From an uncultured virus (IMG/VR IMGVR_UViG_3300025168_000070) (taxonomy: Duplodnaviria > Heunggongvirae > Uroviricota > Caudoviricetes): 64,000 bases of DNA. The stretch lies in the IMG/VR virus record IMGVR_UViG_3300025168_000070; one strand, given 5' to 3'. The position numbers and the translations under genes are program-made. This document shows, piece by piece, positions 1 to 9,529 of the stretch. Within the stretch, counting starts at the first letter, position 1. Every line of letters starts with the position of its first letter. The notes below the pieces were generated by a model. That model searched no databases. It was not told the DNA's origin and was given only the letters and a program-made list of their open reading frames with translations.

Positions 1-13
1 AGGAGGAAGAAGA

Positions 14-367
14 ATGATAGAAAAAGAAACAATAGAATTGGTCGATAAAGCAACGGAACACGGAGTACTATACGAATTAGTAAATGACTTTCGTATGGCA
101 GCACGGAGAAATGAACGTATTAAACTAGAAAAGAAAATGAGAGATGATTTACAAGACGTTTCTCGTTCACTTAATCGTGTGTTAGATTCGGCGGCGTACA
201 TAGAAGAAGCGTGTGGGTTGCTAGATGAATGGGATATAGATTCACGCAAATACAGAGATGCACTAGATACGCTGTGGGATATGGAAGGCGAGATGTATGA
301 CCTACAAGATAAGGCACAGAAGCGGATACACCTAGAGTTTTATGCAGGAGAGGAGGAATTACCATAA
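14..367 (+). CDS. hypothetical acidic helical/coiled-coil early protein
   Basis: 117 aa ORF preceded by GGAGG RBS; no recognisable motif. Confidence 0.7.
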   Translation: MIEKETIELVDKATEHGVLYELVNDFRMAARRNERIKLEKKMRDDLQDVSRSLNRVLDSAAYIEEACGLLDEWDIDSRKYRDALDTLWDMEGEMYDLQDKAQKRIHLEFYAGEEELP

Positions 368-446
368 CTCATAGGGATTGGACTAGAAGTAGCAAAGGAC
401 TTAAGAAGGATTTAGCATTAGCAATAGATGAATTGGAGGGATATGA

Positions 447-806
447 ATGAATATATTTAACATTGATTATGACGCAATAATAAACGCAATAACAGGTAGG
501 AGTAGGCAACCGGTCAAGGCCAAGCCCAAGCCTACACGTACTAGGAAGGTCGAGACAAACGGGTTGGTTGCCGTTGTTAAAGAAAGAACCGAGACTAGAA
601 AAATAAATCCTAAATACCAACCGATAGTAAACAATAGAGGATTTGTACAGTTTCAGTTTTGTGTTGCTTGTCCTAACTGTAAGGCTAAGGCTATGCAACC
701 GTGTACTGGTACTGGTATCTGTATGGAAAGAGCATTAGAGTTTGCTAGAAAAGCACAAAGAGATTGGGATTGGTATAAGAATCTATGCAAGGAGGCGTAT
801 ATATGA
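447..806 (+). CDS. hypothetical protein with Cys cluster (CxxC...C...C), possible Zn finger
   Basis: CVACPNCKAKAMQPCTGTGIC; GGAGG upstream. Confidence 0.6.
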   Translation: MNIFNIDYDAIINAITGRSRQPVKAKPKPTRTRKVETNGLVAVVKERTETRKINPKYQPIVNNRGFVQFQFCVACPNCKAKAMQPCTGTGICMERALEFARKAQRDWDWYKNLCKEAYI

Positions 807-1096
807 GTCAGTTGGTAGGCATACACGCTAGAAGGCGGGTCAAGAGTCCCGCTATGGAATGCGGTTCAAGGTGGTTGCTAGATAGAGAAACACCGTGTAC
901 TGCTAGGGCAGTTTACGAAAACATGACTTTCAAAAATGGCAGACCATACAAATCTAGTAGGTATGCAATTACATACGGGCAGTTTCTAAGCAGAGCGTTG
1001 CGTAGCCGAGCATTCATCAGGACTACGGCTGTGGGTGTCAAGCCTGTGTTGTTTACTAGCAACGAAGACTCATACAATACATTCAGGAGTGATTGA
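803..1096 (+). CDS. hypothetical basic protein
   Basis: ATG at 803 overlaps upstream stop (ATGA), with GGAGG RBS; ORF track start is 785. Confidence 0.55.
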   Translation: MSQLVGIHARRRVKSPAMECGSRWLLDRETPCTARAVYENMTFKNGRPYKSSRYAITYGQFLSRALRSRAFIRTTAVGVKPVLFTSNEDSYNTFRSD

Positions 1097-1162
1097 ATAT
1101 GAAAGTAAAACAAATGTACTACAATCAAGGAACGATATACCAACCAAAGGAGATGAAAGATA

Positions 1163-1750
1163 ATGAATGAAATAGGATATTTAATGAATACAGACCACAG
1201 AGATAGCCCAATGGCGATACCAAACAAAAAAGGACATGAGAATGCTCTAGCAATTGTCGTTGGTAAAATGTTAGGACATAAGGTAGCATACACCTACGAG
1301 TATAATGGTATGATGTTGCCGGACCCTGTTGATGGTACACCAAGAGAAGTACAGTACATTATGTATGGACCACAAGATGATATGGATATTCCTTACAACG
1401 AACCCCTAGCAACCTTCATTACATCATGGGAAGGTTCATCTGACACATTCCTAAGAGGTAGGGTGTTTGTTATGACCAAAGAAACCAACGGTGAAAAACT
1501 CGATGTAAAAGTATTTCAAAAAGCATACACTATTATTAAATATAAATTACTGGAAATGGAAATGGAAGAAAATATAATTCTAAAGAAATTGAAAGAAGGA
1601 GGCCATGATGTATCTATATTAGAAGATATAATGAAAGACCACTTCCTTTATGGTAAAGAACCTGATTTAACAAAATTGAAAGATTTAGATATTCCTTTGG
1701 AGTCGTTGCTAGACGTACTACGAATGATGAACGGAGATGATGAACAATGA
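1163..1750 (+). CDS. hypothetical protein
   Basis: 195 aa ORF in a tightly packed operon. Confidence 0.7.
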   Translation: MNEIGYLMNTDHRDSPMAIPNKKGHENALAIVVGKMLGHKVAYTYEYNGMMLPDPVDGTPREVQYIMYGPQDDMDIPYNEPLATFITSWEGSSDTFLRGRVFVMTKETNGEKLDVKVFQKAYTIIKYKLLEMEMEENIILKKLKEGGHDVSILEDIMKDHFLYGKEPDLTKLKDLDIPLESLLDVLRMMNGDDEQ

Positions 1751-2520
1751 ATACAGAATGGATACATGAAATAGTACAGGAAATGAAAGAAGATGAACAT
1801 GATACTTTTGAATTATTGATAAGGATAATAGAAGAATTACCTATGCCTTTACATCCAATATATGGTATATATGCTATGGAGCCACAATCAAAGCAACCAA
1901 GTATAATACCTGATGTATTAATAGATAATTATTCGATGATTGACATTTTTACACTAGATAAGTTAATAGAAACTTGTTATAGTGATATACGACATCGAGG
2001 TTATTTCCCTGAAAGTTTAGTTATGACTTGTACTATGATGCTATTTGAAAGAAAAGTAGTAATGGACTATGGGGATGGTTCGTTAATGCCAAACGAAGGA
2101 CCTATGAAAGTACATACATCGTTGCTAGTACCTTATCACTTAGATGCAACACATAAGGAGATGGTGGATATTACGTTGGGATGTGCTAGGAGAGTCTCGC
2201 AACGAGCAGTACAGACATTCGCAGAAGTAAATGTGAAAGGTTTCGCAACCGACCCTAGAGGATTCATAAGTATAGACGGAGAACTAGTACCGGATGAAAT
2301 ACAATTCTTCCTAAACTTCTTAGCCGATAATACAGAAGAGATGGGAGGAATCAAGCAACGGAAAGACGGTAGGCCACTTGAAGAGTTAATTGAGGAAGGT
2401 ATACAAGAACACATGGAGACTTTCGTTGATGTTCCCGAAGACTATAAAAACACCGGTATGTTTGAGTTAGATGTGGACCCTGATTCAGAAGAAAACAACG
2501 ATGAGGTAGTAAGATGGTAA
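1747..2520 (+). CDS. hypothetical acidic protein
   Basis: 257 aa ORF, ATGA overlap with upstream gene. Confidence 0.7.
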   Translation: MNTEWIHEIVQEMKEDEHDTFELLIRIIEELPMPLHPIYGIYAMEPQSKQPSIIPDVLIDNYSMIDIFTLDKLIETCYSDIRHRGYFPESLVMTCTMMLFERKVVMDYGDGSLMPNEGPMKVHTSLLVPYHLDATHKEMVDITLGCARRVSQRAVQTFAEVNVKGFATDPRGFISIDGELVPDEIQFFLNFLADNTEEMGGIKQRKDGRPLEELIEEGIQEHMETFVDVPEDYKNTGMFELDVDPDSEENNDEVVRW

Positions 2521-3074
2521 GTCATAAGACAAAAATACTTAGTATCGAGTTAATCCCTAGCAACTCATTTGGCAACAACCTACGCTCACTCTTGCGTGGT
2601 TGCACATGGGACCGTTTGCGTAAGGATTGTTATGAAAAGGCAGGTCATGTCTGTGAGATTTGTGGTCAAACAGGTAAGCAACAAGGCAGGAAGCATAATG
2701 TCGAATGCCATGAGATATGGGATTACAACGACAGCGAAAGAATACAAACACTCTTGGGATTACAAGCGTTATGTCCGTTATGCCACCAATGCAAACACAT
2801 AGGCAGAAGCCTATCAGTAGGAGCAGGTCGCCCAACGGTATCACACCTAGCAACAATCAATGGTATGGCGTGGCAGGAGACAGAGGACTACATCAACGAG
2901 AGCCTAGTCGAACATACATTACGCTCACATGGGGATGCTTGGGTACTCGACCTTTCCCTCCTACTTAGCAACGATGCTCTTACAGAGCAAGACATCTCCG
3001 ACCTACCTTATGATATAGAAGGGGTTTTTATAGGGAGGTTGGGTCGGATAACCAACGGAAGTGAAAAAATATGA
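2514..3074 (+). CDS. HNH-like endonuclease
   Basis: W..LR...Y......CEICG ... ECHEIWDY ... LCPLCHQCKH: Zn-binding beta-beta-alpha-Me pattern. Confidence 0.75.
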   Translation: MVSHKTKILSIELIPSNSFGNNLRSLLRGCTWDRLRKDCYEKAGHVCEICGQTGKQQGRKHNVECHEIWDYNDSERIQTLLGLQALCPLCHQCKHIGRSLSVGAGRPTVSHLATINGMAWQETEDYINESLVEHTLRSHGDAWVLDLSLLLSNDALTEQDISDLPYDIEGVFIGRLGRITNGSEKI

Positions 3075-3337
3075 ATAAAGAAAAAAATGAATATGAAAAG
3101 ACGGTATTGATAGATGCGTTAGGTGTGAGTGTTATCGCATTACAGACGTACAGGGGTTTGGTACGAGCAACCATTCACCTGTTTACGACTCTTAGCGAAG
3201 AAGCAAACGACCCACTACACCAACAGTATGTGGATTCGTACACTAAATTATCAGAAATAGACGGAATTATTGGTGCTGAAATATCTGAAAACGATATGGT
3301 TGCTGAATTACTGCGAAGCATGGAGGAAGAAGAATGA
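3071..3337 (+). CDS. hypothetical protein
   Basis: ORF with upstream TTTATAGGG promoter-like box and RBS. Confidence 0.65.
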   Translation: MNKEKNEYEKTVLIDALGVSVIALQTYRGLVRATIHLFTTLSEEANDPLHQQYVDSYTKLSEIDGIIGAEISENDMVAELLRSMEEEE

Positions 3338-3630
3338 AACAGACAGGGCAGATAGTAGTATCTTGGTCTAGCAACGATGAAAATGAATTGAACGCATTTT
3401 ACAATTTCCTACACCGCAACGCTACCTGTATAACTCGTATAGCACTTGGTCAAACAATGTGCATGATATATCTCAAGTTATGGGGATGTACTACGGAGAT
3501 AGTATACGAAGTTAGAAACTTTAAGGGAACCAACTTCGCTCATCGGATGCGTGATTTAGCAACAAGAGGTAGCGCACAATACAAGATAACATTCCATCAA
3601 ATGGGACCAATAACGGAGGAAGAAGAATGA
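3334..3630 (+). CDS. hypothetical protein
   Basis: coupled by GGAGGAAGAAGAATGA junction. Confidence 0.65.
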   Translation: MKQTGQIVVSWSSNDENELNAFYNFLHRNATCITRIALGQTMCMIYLKLWGCTTEIVYEVRNFKGTNFAHRMRDLATRGSAQYKITFHQMGPITEEEE

Positions 3631-3923
3631 ACAAAAAAAGAATAGTGGAAATAGAAAGAGGCGACCTTTTAGGAGGTCTAGAAACGACAAGCGGAACAAC
3701 ATACCTACGGGTTGGAGACATAAGTGCAATAACGGTACGTGATAAAACACATGAGTCCGTTCATGGTACAGGTTTAGTGGACCACCTAGAGATAGACATA
3801 CACATGGCAACAGGTACTATATTTACTCTCATGGGTGGCTTAGACTCACTAGCGGCTCTCAACATACCTATCACAGTAGTGGAAGCGAATGGAGATAGAT
3901 ACGGAGGTGAGTTAAGTGAGTAA
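3627..3923 (+). CDS. hypothetical protein
   Basis: coupled by GGAGGAAGAAGAATGA junction. Confidence 0.65.
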   Translation: MNKKRIVEIERGDLLGGLETTSGTTYLRVGDISAITVRDKTHESVHGTGLVDHLEIDIHMATGTIFTLMGGLDSLAALNIPITVVEANGDRYGGELSE

Positions 3924-4062
3924 TATAGACCAAGACTGGCAGATACTCCAAGCAACTATTAGATTAGGAGAAGTTATTCAAAGACTTCAAGATGCTAAGG
4001 TGAGTAAAAAATTACAGAACAGAGCAATACGGTTGCTTAAAGATTTGGAGGCTTTAGAATGA
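3916..4062 (+). CDS. small helical protein, 48 aa (not in ORF track)
   Basis: GGAGGTGA RBS then GTG; MSNIDQDWQILQATIRLGEVIQRLQDAKVSKKLQNRAIRLLKDLEALE*; stop overlaps next ATG. Confidence 0.6.
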   Translation: MSNIDQDWQILQATIRLGEVIQRLQDAKVSKKLQNRAIRLLKDLEALE

Positions 4063-4367
4063 GTGGTGAAAGAGCATCATTCGATGACGATGATAGTAAA
4101 GACGAATTAATCCAAAATATATTTAATGAGGCTGTTAGTGATTGGGTTGCTACATTAGGATACAGTATAAATGGCATTAGTGATATTTTCCTAGATACAT
4201 TAACAACACAGACTATGTGGGTGAGACAAGTAGGCAACCCCACACTTGAGGATACAGATATAAACGTGCAATACGCACAAGAGTCGTTATCAGACCTAAG
4301 AGAGATGGCAACCGATGAAGCAAGAGCAGAGTGGTTAGACGTTATGGGTGATGAGGGACATGAGTAA
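4059..4367 (+). CDS. hypothetical acidic protein
   Basis: ORF with GGAGG RBS, ATGA overlap. Confidence 0.65.
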   Translation: MSGERASFDDDDSKDELIQNIFNEAVSDWVATLGYSINGISDIFLDTLTTQTMWVRQVGNPTLEDTDINVQYAQESLSDLREMATDEARAEWLDVMGDEGHE

Positions 4368-4749
4368 GTACGAGAAGTACACAATAGTACCTAGCAACGC
4401 AGGTGATGGCGACCTATTGATATACAAAGGCGAGAGTAAATTACCTGTCTCTGATGTCAGAACACTAGGCAACATACTCTTGGAGAAAGATATGCCCGAA
4501 GATTACTACAAGGATGCTTATGAGTTGCTAGACGATATGGGTATGTGGATTATACTAAACACATATGCGTTTAGGAAAAGCGACCCGAAAAGAGTTGCTA
4601 GTGTATTAGCAGACCCTAGACTAACCTGTGCATCGTTGGTATTTGCACACCTAACAGGTCGAGATACATACATATTCAACAACGGATACAGTATGCGACC
4701 AAATCCTAAACTATTCAATATCAAAAACGTCAAGGGGTTGCTAGAATGA
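4360..4749 (+). CDS. hypothetical protein
   Basis: ORF in operon; ATG at 4360 preferred over 4348. Confidence 0.6.
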   Translation: MSKYEKYTIVPSNAGDGDLLIYKGESKLPVSDVRTLGNILLEKDMPEDYYKDAYELLDDMGMWIILNTYAFRKSDPKRVASVLADPRLTCASLVFAHLTGRDTYIFNNGYSMRPNPKLFNIKNVKGLLE

Positions 4750-4973
4750 GAGCCAAAACAATCACTCACGTTGAGTATGAGATATTGACATGGTTGCTAC
4801 ACAACATAGAGTTGGATGAATTGAAACATTCAATGTGTCCTGTTGGGGATACCTTTGCAGAAGAAAGATTCAAAAAGGGGGCAACATCCTCGGTTAAATT
4901 GATACAGAATATGTGCGATAGGAGAAAACACAAACTACCAACCGAACATCCTGATTACGAGGTGAAACAATGA
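4746..4973 (+). CDS. hypothetical protein
   Basis: ATGA-coupled ORF. Confidence 0.6.
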   Translation: MRAKTITHVEYEILTWLLHNIELDELKHSMCPVGDTFAEERFKKGATSSVKLIQNMCDRRKHKLPTEHPDYEVKQ

Positions 4974-5542
4974 ATATATTCATACTAGACGAAAACCCAA
5001 TATATGCTGCTAAAATGTACTGCGACAAACACGTACCTAAAATGGTCGTGGAATTATTACAACAACTTGGCTCTGCGGTCATACGACACGGTGCTACACC
5101 CGACATGATGCCGCTTACAAAGGCCGGTAAGCCGCTACGTGGGGGATACCACAATCACCCTGCGACCCGTTGGGTGGGTGAATCTCGCAATAACTTCATT
5201 TGGGCTTGTTGTCATGCAGCCATGTTATGTGATGAGTACACTAAGAGATTCGGTAAGATTCACTTCTGCGAAACAGGTATAGAACATCTATTCACTATGC
5301 AAGAAATTATACCCGAAGGCAACCTTACACCTTACGCTCTGTGTATGCCCGATGAGCATAGACCCGACTACATCCATGTAGCAAGTCATCCGTTCGATGT
5401 CATTACAGATGAGGGCGGTAATAAAATCACTCATGCCACAGGAAACTTAGCAGTTGCAGCATACCGTGATTACTACCACACTAAGACATTCGCTGAATGG
5501 AACAAGAGCCGTGATGCTCCTGAATGGTGGGGTGGTTGCTAA
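4970..5542 (+). CDS. pyrimidine-dimer DNA glycosylase / endonuclease V (DenV-like) family protein
   Basis: MNIFILDENP..AA..YCDKHV.KM..E..Q.L, HNHPATRWV, and C-terminal AYRDYY..K..A.W...R..PEW, typical of this viral family. Confidence 0.8.
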   Translation: MNIFILDENPIYAAKMYCDKHVPKMVVELLQQLGSAVIRHGATPDMMPLTKAGKPLRGGYHNHPATRWVGESRNNFIWACCHAAMLCDEYTKRFGKIHFCETGIEHLFTMQEIIPEGNLTPYALCMPDEHRPDYIHVASHPFDVITDEGGNKITHATGNLAVAAYRDYYHTKTFAEWNKSRDAPEWWGGC

Positions 5543-5724
5543 TGAAAGTACACGAATTGGCCGCATTGTTAAACGATATTGCTTTACAAACCCCTGATTA
5601 CGAGGTATCCGTTGCTTTCCGTTGGAAAGATGACACCGTTATATCAGACGTTGTTAGCCTATGTTATAACGGGGAAAGTATACAACTAAATGAAGAAACA
5701 TTTGAGGCGCATTGTAATGAATGA
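5542..5724 (+). CDS. hypothetical protein
   Basis: ATG overlapping upstream TAA. Confidence 0.55.
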   Translation: MKVHELAALLNDIALQTPDYEVSVAFRWKDDTVISDVVSLCYNGESIQLNEETFEAHCNE

Positions 5725-6025
5725 AAATTACGATGTTGTGTATGGCACACCAATGTATCATAGTTGGACTACTAGGACCGTTGGTAAGGGAGACTATGCC
5801 CGTACTATACGAGTTAAACAATGTGATATGCTAGAAGAGGGCTCATGGCCGCAGCAGTACCTTAGCAACGAAGCCGCACTAAAAATCAAAGCCTGTCCTA
5901 AATGTGTACTCGCAGGTTTCGCAGTACCAATACCAATACCAATCAAGTACACACCAACGGTTGGTAAAGAAAAGACGGTCAAAACTGGCGGTTTATTTCT
6001 AATAGACTATTTAGATAGCAACTAG
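5717..6025 (+). CDS. hypothetical protein with CPKC motif
   Basis: ORF in operon; start uncertain (5690 or 5717). Confidence 0.55.
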   Translation: MNENYDVVYGTPMYHSWTTRTVGKGDYARTIRVKQCDMLEEGSWPQQYLSNEAALKIKACPKCVLAGFAVPIPIPIKYTPTVGKEKTVKTGGLFLIDYLDSN

Positions 6026-6037
6026 GTTTATATGGAG
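6025..6037 (+). promoter_or_regulatory. viral TATA-type promoter GGTTTATATGGAG (representative copy)
   Basis: similar boxes with TTTATA at 3027, 6027, 7082, 12270, 13832, 16456, 19853; several lie 29-30 nt before an ATG. Confidence 0.65.
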
Positions 6038-6055
6038 AACCATTACACACTATAA

Positions 6056-6140
6056 ATGGAGGTCGGGTTTTAAACAACAAGGGTTTTTTCTATTGTCCCT
6101 TATCTCAAGTCATTTTGTTATTCCTCCCCCGACCTCCACA
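6056..6140 (+). ncRNA. candidate small structured RNA
   Basis: 29 nt downstream of promoter box; 11-bp terminal inverted repeat TGGAGGTCGGG/CCCGACCTCCA; only a 5-codon ORF. Confidence 0.4.
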
Positions 6141-6178
6141 ACAAACCATTGAAGTATTAGCAATCATTAGGTCTGTAT

Positions 6179-6910
6179 ATGAGACATCCGTTGCTCTTTA
6201 GTGGCAACTACATTCTGACAACGCCTGAATTGATTGAAGTAGTTGATTTCAAGGCTTGGAGAAAAATATCCAATGCAAAAGAATACAGAAAAAGAAGAAG
6301 ATTTTCACCTTATTTAATTTTAAAGACGGGAGATACGTTGCTAAAATTAGTAGGATATAGTGCTGTTTGGGATTTCTTAGACGCAATTCAACCTAAACTA
6401 CCGAGAATACCAATAAACTCAGTAATGAAAGGTTATGATTTCTATGACGAAGAAACAATGTCGTTTCTAGAAGAGGTTGCTTGGTTCATTATAGAAAGTA
6501 AAATACCGTTTGTAGGATTTGAGATAGATGAAAATGGATTGGCAAGAGTTGTGAAAAAGCCTGTTGCTAACATCCCAATAAACAGTAAGAAGTATGCTGG
6601 TAAAGCAGAATTGACTTTGCTGGATGGGGAAAATTACTACGTTGCTTTGCTGGAAACAAATGATAAACAACGTAATTACTACTGTTATTGTATGGGGATG
6701 GGTGTAAGGCCGTTGTTAGGAAGAGTGTTCGATAATATAGATGAAGCACAAGAATATGCGATAGAGGCGAAGAACAAAGTATCGGCAATAGAAGCAGTAG
6801 GAAAGACACTAGTGATACGCCATAATATGTTCGATGAAGAAGTGGATTTGTTAGAGAATGAGTTATTCTTTTTGTTAAATGAAGAAAATAAAAAACAAAT
6901 TAATGCTTAG
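6179..6910 (+). CDS. hypothetical protein
   Basis: 243 aa ORF. Confidence 0.7.
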   Translation: MRHPLLFSGNYILTTPELIEVVDFKAWRKISNAKEYRKRRRFSPYLILKTGDTLLKLVGYSAVWDFLDAIQPKLPRIPINSVMKGYDFYDEETMSFLEEVAWFIIESKIPFVGFEIDENGLARVVKKPVANIPINSKKYAGKAELTLLDGENYYVALLETNDKQRNYYCYCMGMGVRPLLGRVFDNIDEAQEYAIEAKNKVSAIEAVGKTLVIRHNMFDEEVDLLENELFFLLNEENKKQINA

Positions 6911-6911
6911 T

Positions 6912-7074
6912 AGTACAACGGTTTTCTAATTCTTTCTATTCCCTATAAGGTGTTAAGGTAAATATATACCAATGCAATACTCAATATACCCCTTGAAGTA
7001 TTGAAAGAATAAAAAAAAGGTTGTACTGAAAGGAAGTAATTAGTTAGAAATGAATCAAAAAGAATGAAAAGAAT
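6912..7074. repeat. AT-rich imperfect palindromic element, copy 1
   Basis: arms 6912-6950 and 6991-7027; reverse complement aligns with 58612-58776. Confidence 0.75.
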
Positions 7075-7119
7075 AGTTCGGTTTATATGGAGAGGAAGAT
7101 ACCGTAGGTATGAGACAGT

Positions 7120-7464
7120 ATGGCAAGAGGACAAACGAAACGAGTACAGGCTACGATATATCACTATCTAGTCGAACAAGACGAACCAATGAACACATTA
7201 CAACTAACGGAATACTACAATACATACAAACATAAGAACCCTTCACACACGAAGGGACAGAATCATGGTACTACCGCTAGAAGACTAGGAGGAGTGATGG
7301 CCGCTAGTCTGTTGTTTGAGAACGTATTTACACAAGGGGGATACAACTACTGGGAAGCAAGACCTATCGAAGTCATAATAGAGAGAGCGATTAAGTCTAG
7401 AACAAACCCCAAAAAATATCCACTATTCCTTAGATTACTAATTGAGGAGAGGATACAAGAATGA
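7120..7464 (+). CDS. winged-helix DNA-binding protein
   Basis: IYHYL....PMNT.QL...TARRLGGVM...F...YW pattern. Confidence 0.55.
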   Translation: MARGQTKRVQATIYHYLVEQDEPMNTLQLTEYYNTYKHKNPSHTKGQNHGTTARRLGGVMAASLLFENVFTQGGYNYWEARPIEVIIERAIKSRTNPKKYPLFLRLLIEERIQE

Positions 7465-8198
7465 GAGAAACCGCAAACGATGTTGATATTTATTGGGAAT
7501 CAGAAATAGAGGGTAGTATTAGCAACGTAATAGTATTATGTTCGCAGGAACCATGCCCTATTCCAAACATACTTACCGAATCACTAGAGGAAGAAGGTAA
7601 GGTACTAGCAACAGTATTTTCAAAATTGGATAGAGTACAGCCATTCTTTGAATCCGATTCAATCGTAGGAACCAAGATAATTCAATACGGAGATAAATTG
7701 GTTGTTAATTTTAGAGGCTTCCATCCAATAGTTAGTGGGAATCATTGGTTGTTTGGTTATCCCGTTGTTAGAGAAGCGATAGAATCTATCTTAGATAAAA
7801 CTAATGTTGACTCTTTAACAATACTTACATCCACTATTTACACTAGCCAACCGAATTACGATGAGAAAAAGGATTGTACCTACTATACTATGACTTACCC
7901 TGAATGGACTGATATAGAAAGAGAGAGTAAAGAAGTCTTGCCGTTGTTTGCTTACATGACAGGTTGGTTGTCTAGTATAAGAGACATACCAACAACGATA
8001 GTTTTATTCAAGGCAGCACTAGATAATATTATGACACAACAAATGTTTGCAGATGGTGTTGGTCTATTCCAAATCTTATCCTTACCTGTAAACATAAAAG
8101 AGGCACAAGAGTTATACGACGAACATGAATCCGAGGTAGGTATGATAACCAGTATGCTGAGTAAAGGTGATGTTAGTAGTGGGGGTATGTTCTCTTGA
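7461..8198 (+). CDS. PAC2-family (PbaA/PbaB-like) proteasome assembly chaperone homologue
   Basis: size and pattern fit: ..ILDKTNVDSLTIL.., RDIPTTIVLF, LSLPVNIKEAQE..E..E, C-terminal GMFS resembling the HbYX tail. Confidence 0.5.
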   Translation: MRETANDVDIYWESEIEGSISNVIVLCSQEPCPIPNILTESLEEEGKVLATVFSKLDRVQPFFESDSIVGTKIIQYGDKLVVNFRGFHPIVSGNHWLFGYPVVREAIESILDKTNVDSLTILTSTIYTSQPNYDEKKDCTYYTMTYPEWTDIERESKEVLPLFAYMTGWLSSIRDIPTTIVLFKAALDNIMTQQMFADGVGLFQILSLPVNIKEAQELYDEHESEVGMITSMLSKGDVSSGGMFS

Positions 8199-9529
8199 GT
8201 GATAAAGATATATTCGATGACTTACAGGCATTTTGTGATGCTAACCATTATGTATCGGTTGAAGATAAACTACCTATATTTATTTGTAGTATTGGGGCTC
8301 ATTTATTCAATGCTATCAACAAATGTTCCCGTTGCGATTTCACAGTTGAGAATCCAGTTGATGGTTATTTCTCAATCCCCAATTGTCCGTTGCGACATGA
8401 CAACGGCCCCATCTATACTCCGATGTCTAGGTTGGCTGACACTAGGGTTCACATACTCATGCGTGGAAAGAAAGGTTCAGGGAAGAACGTGTTGATTGAT
8501 TTGTTTTTAGCGGAAGGTACAGGATTGATATGGAATCCCGAAGGCTTCAACGGTATTGGGTTTAGGACTATGATTGGTGCTAACTCTATCACAGAAGCAG
8601 GGTTGTTTGGTAGTGTAAACGAAGAAGGTTATGTCGCAGGTCGCCCTGTTGCTAGAGAGTTATGTGGTGGCTTCTTAGGATTTGAAGAGTTTTCATCTCT
8701 TACTGACGCTACTAAGAAAGACCATAGTATGGATATGAAGAACCAGTTGCTAACCAGTCTAGATAGTGGTCGTGTCAACAAAGGTATGAGACATGGTTGG
8801 GTTAGATACAACACACGTTATACTTGTTGGGCGGGTACGCAACCGGCTAGGTTTGAGTTAGAGTCGGGTCTTGATAGAAGATTCTTCATTATAGAAATAG
8901 AAATGACTCCTAAAATAGAATTAGAATATAAGATAGCACAGAACAAACAGGCTAGAATGTCTCCAAAAGAGAGAGCAGACTTAGCAACAGAGGCTATGCA
9001 CATGAGAGGTTGGTTCTTTAAGAGAATGGAAGAATCCATTTTGAATCCACCTACTAGTGTTTCATTTGCACCGGCTTTTGAAGAGTGGGTGTTGCGTGAT
9101 ACTGTAAGGTCGTTTGAAGCAGACTTATTCAGGAGGTTAGCGATAGGTTATGCTATGATGCAACCTAATTACGAAGGTGGTAAGCCGTTGCTTGTTGATA
9201 TTGATGAAAGATTAGGGTTAATATTGAGTCAATCATTGACCATGAGAAGAACAGTTATGGATGCTGATGTTGCTTTAATCAAATCAATGTATTGGAATCA
9301 GGATATACCGAAATCAACCTTGTTGAAAGAGATTGCTAGAATAATTACCAACGGTGATTACCAAAGTGCAAAGCGTTGGGTGGAAGAAAACTTAGTAGGG
9401 GAGATGTGGTATGAAGAACATACACCGAAAGTAGTGGGTAAGAGAGGCAGAAGAGGTGTCTCTTGTAGGATAGGAGAAAAGCAACCGGAACCTGATGAGC
9501 ATTATGCTAGTTGGGGGAACGGTAATTGA
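8195..9529 (+). CDS. MCM-like AAA+ ATPase / probable replicative helicase
   Basis: HILMRGKKGSGKN Walker A, SITEAGLFGSV, GGFLGFEEF Walker B, AGTQP sensor 1, LDRRF Arg finger; CSRC..CPLRH Zn insert. Confidence 0.75.
   Translation: MSDKDIFDDLQAFCDANHYVSVEDKLPIFICSIGAHLFNAINKCSRCDFTVENPVDGYFSIPNCPLRHDNGPIYTPMSRLADTRVHILMRGKKGSGKNVLIDLFLAEGTGLIWNPEGFNGIGFRTMIGANSITEAGLFGSVNEEGYVAGRPVARELCGGFLGFEEFSSLTDATKKDHSMDMKNQLLTSLDSGRVNKGMRHGWVRYNTRYTCWAGTQPARFELESGLDRRFFIIEIEMTPKIELEYKIAQNKQARMSPKERADLATEAMHMRGWFFKRMEESILNPPTSVSFAPAFEEWVLRDTVRSFEADLFRRLAIGYAMMQPNYEGGKPLLVDIDERLGLILSQSLTMRRTVMDADVALIKSMYWNQDIPKSTLLKEIARIITNGDYQSAKRWVEENLVGEMWYEEHTPKVVGKRGRRGVSCRIGEKQPEPDEHYASWGNGN

Noticed and set aside
6056..6140. 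tRNA (stem ending in CCA)
   Set aside because: No D or T loop consensus and no cloverleaf; kept only as an sRNA candidate
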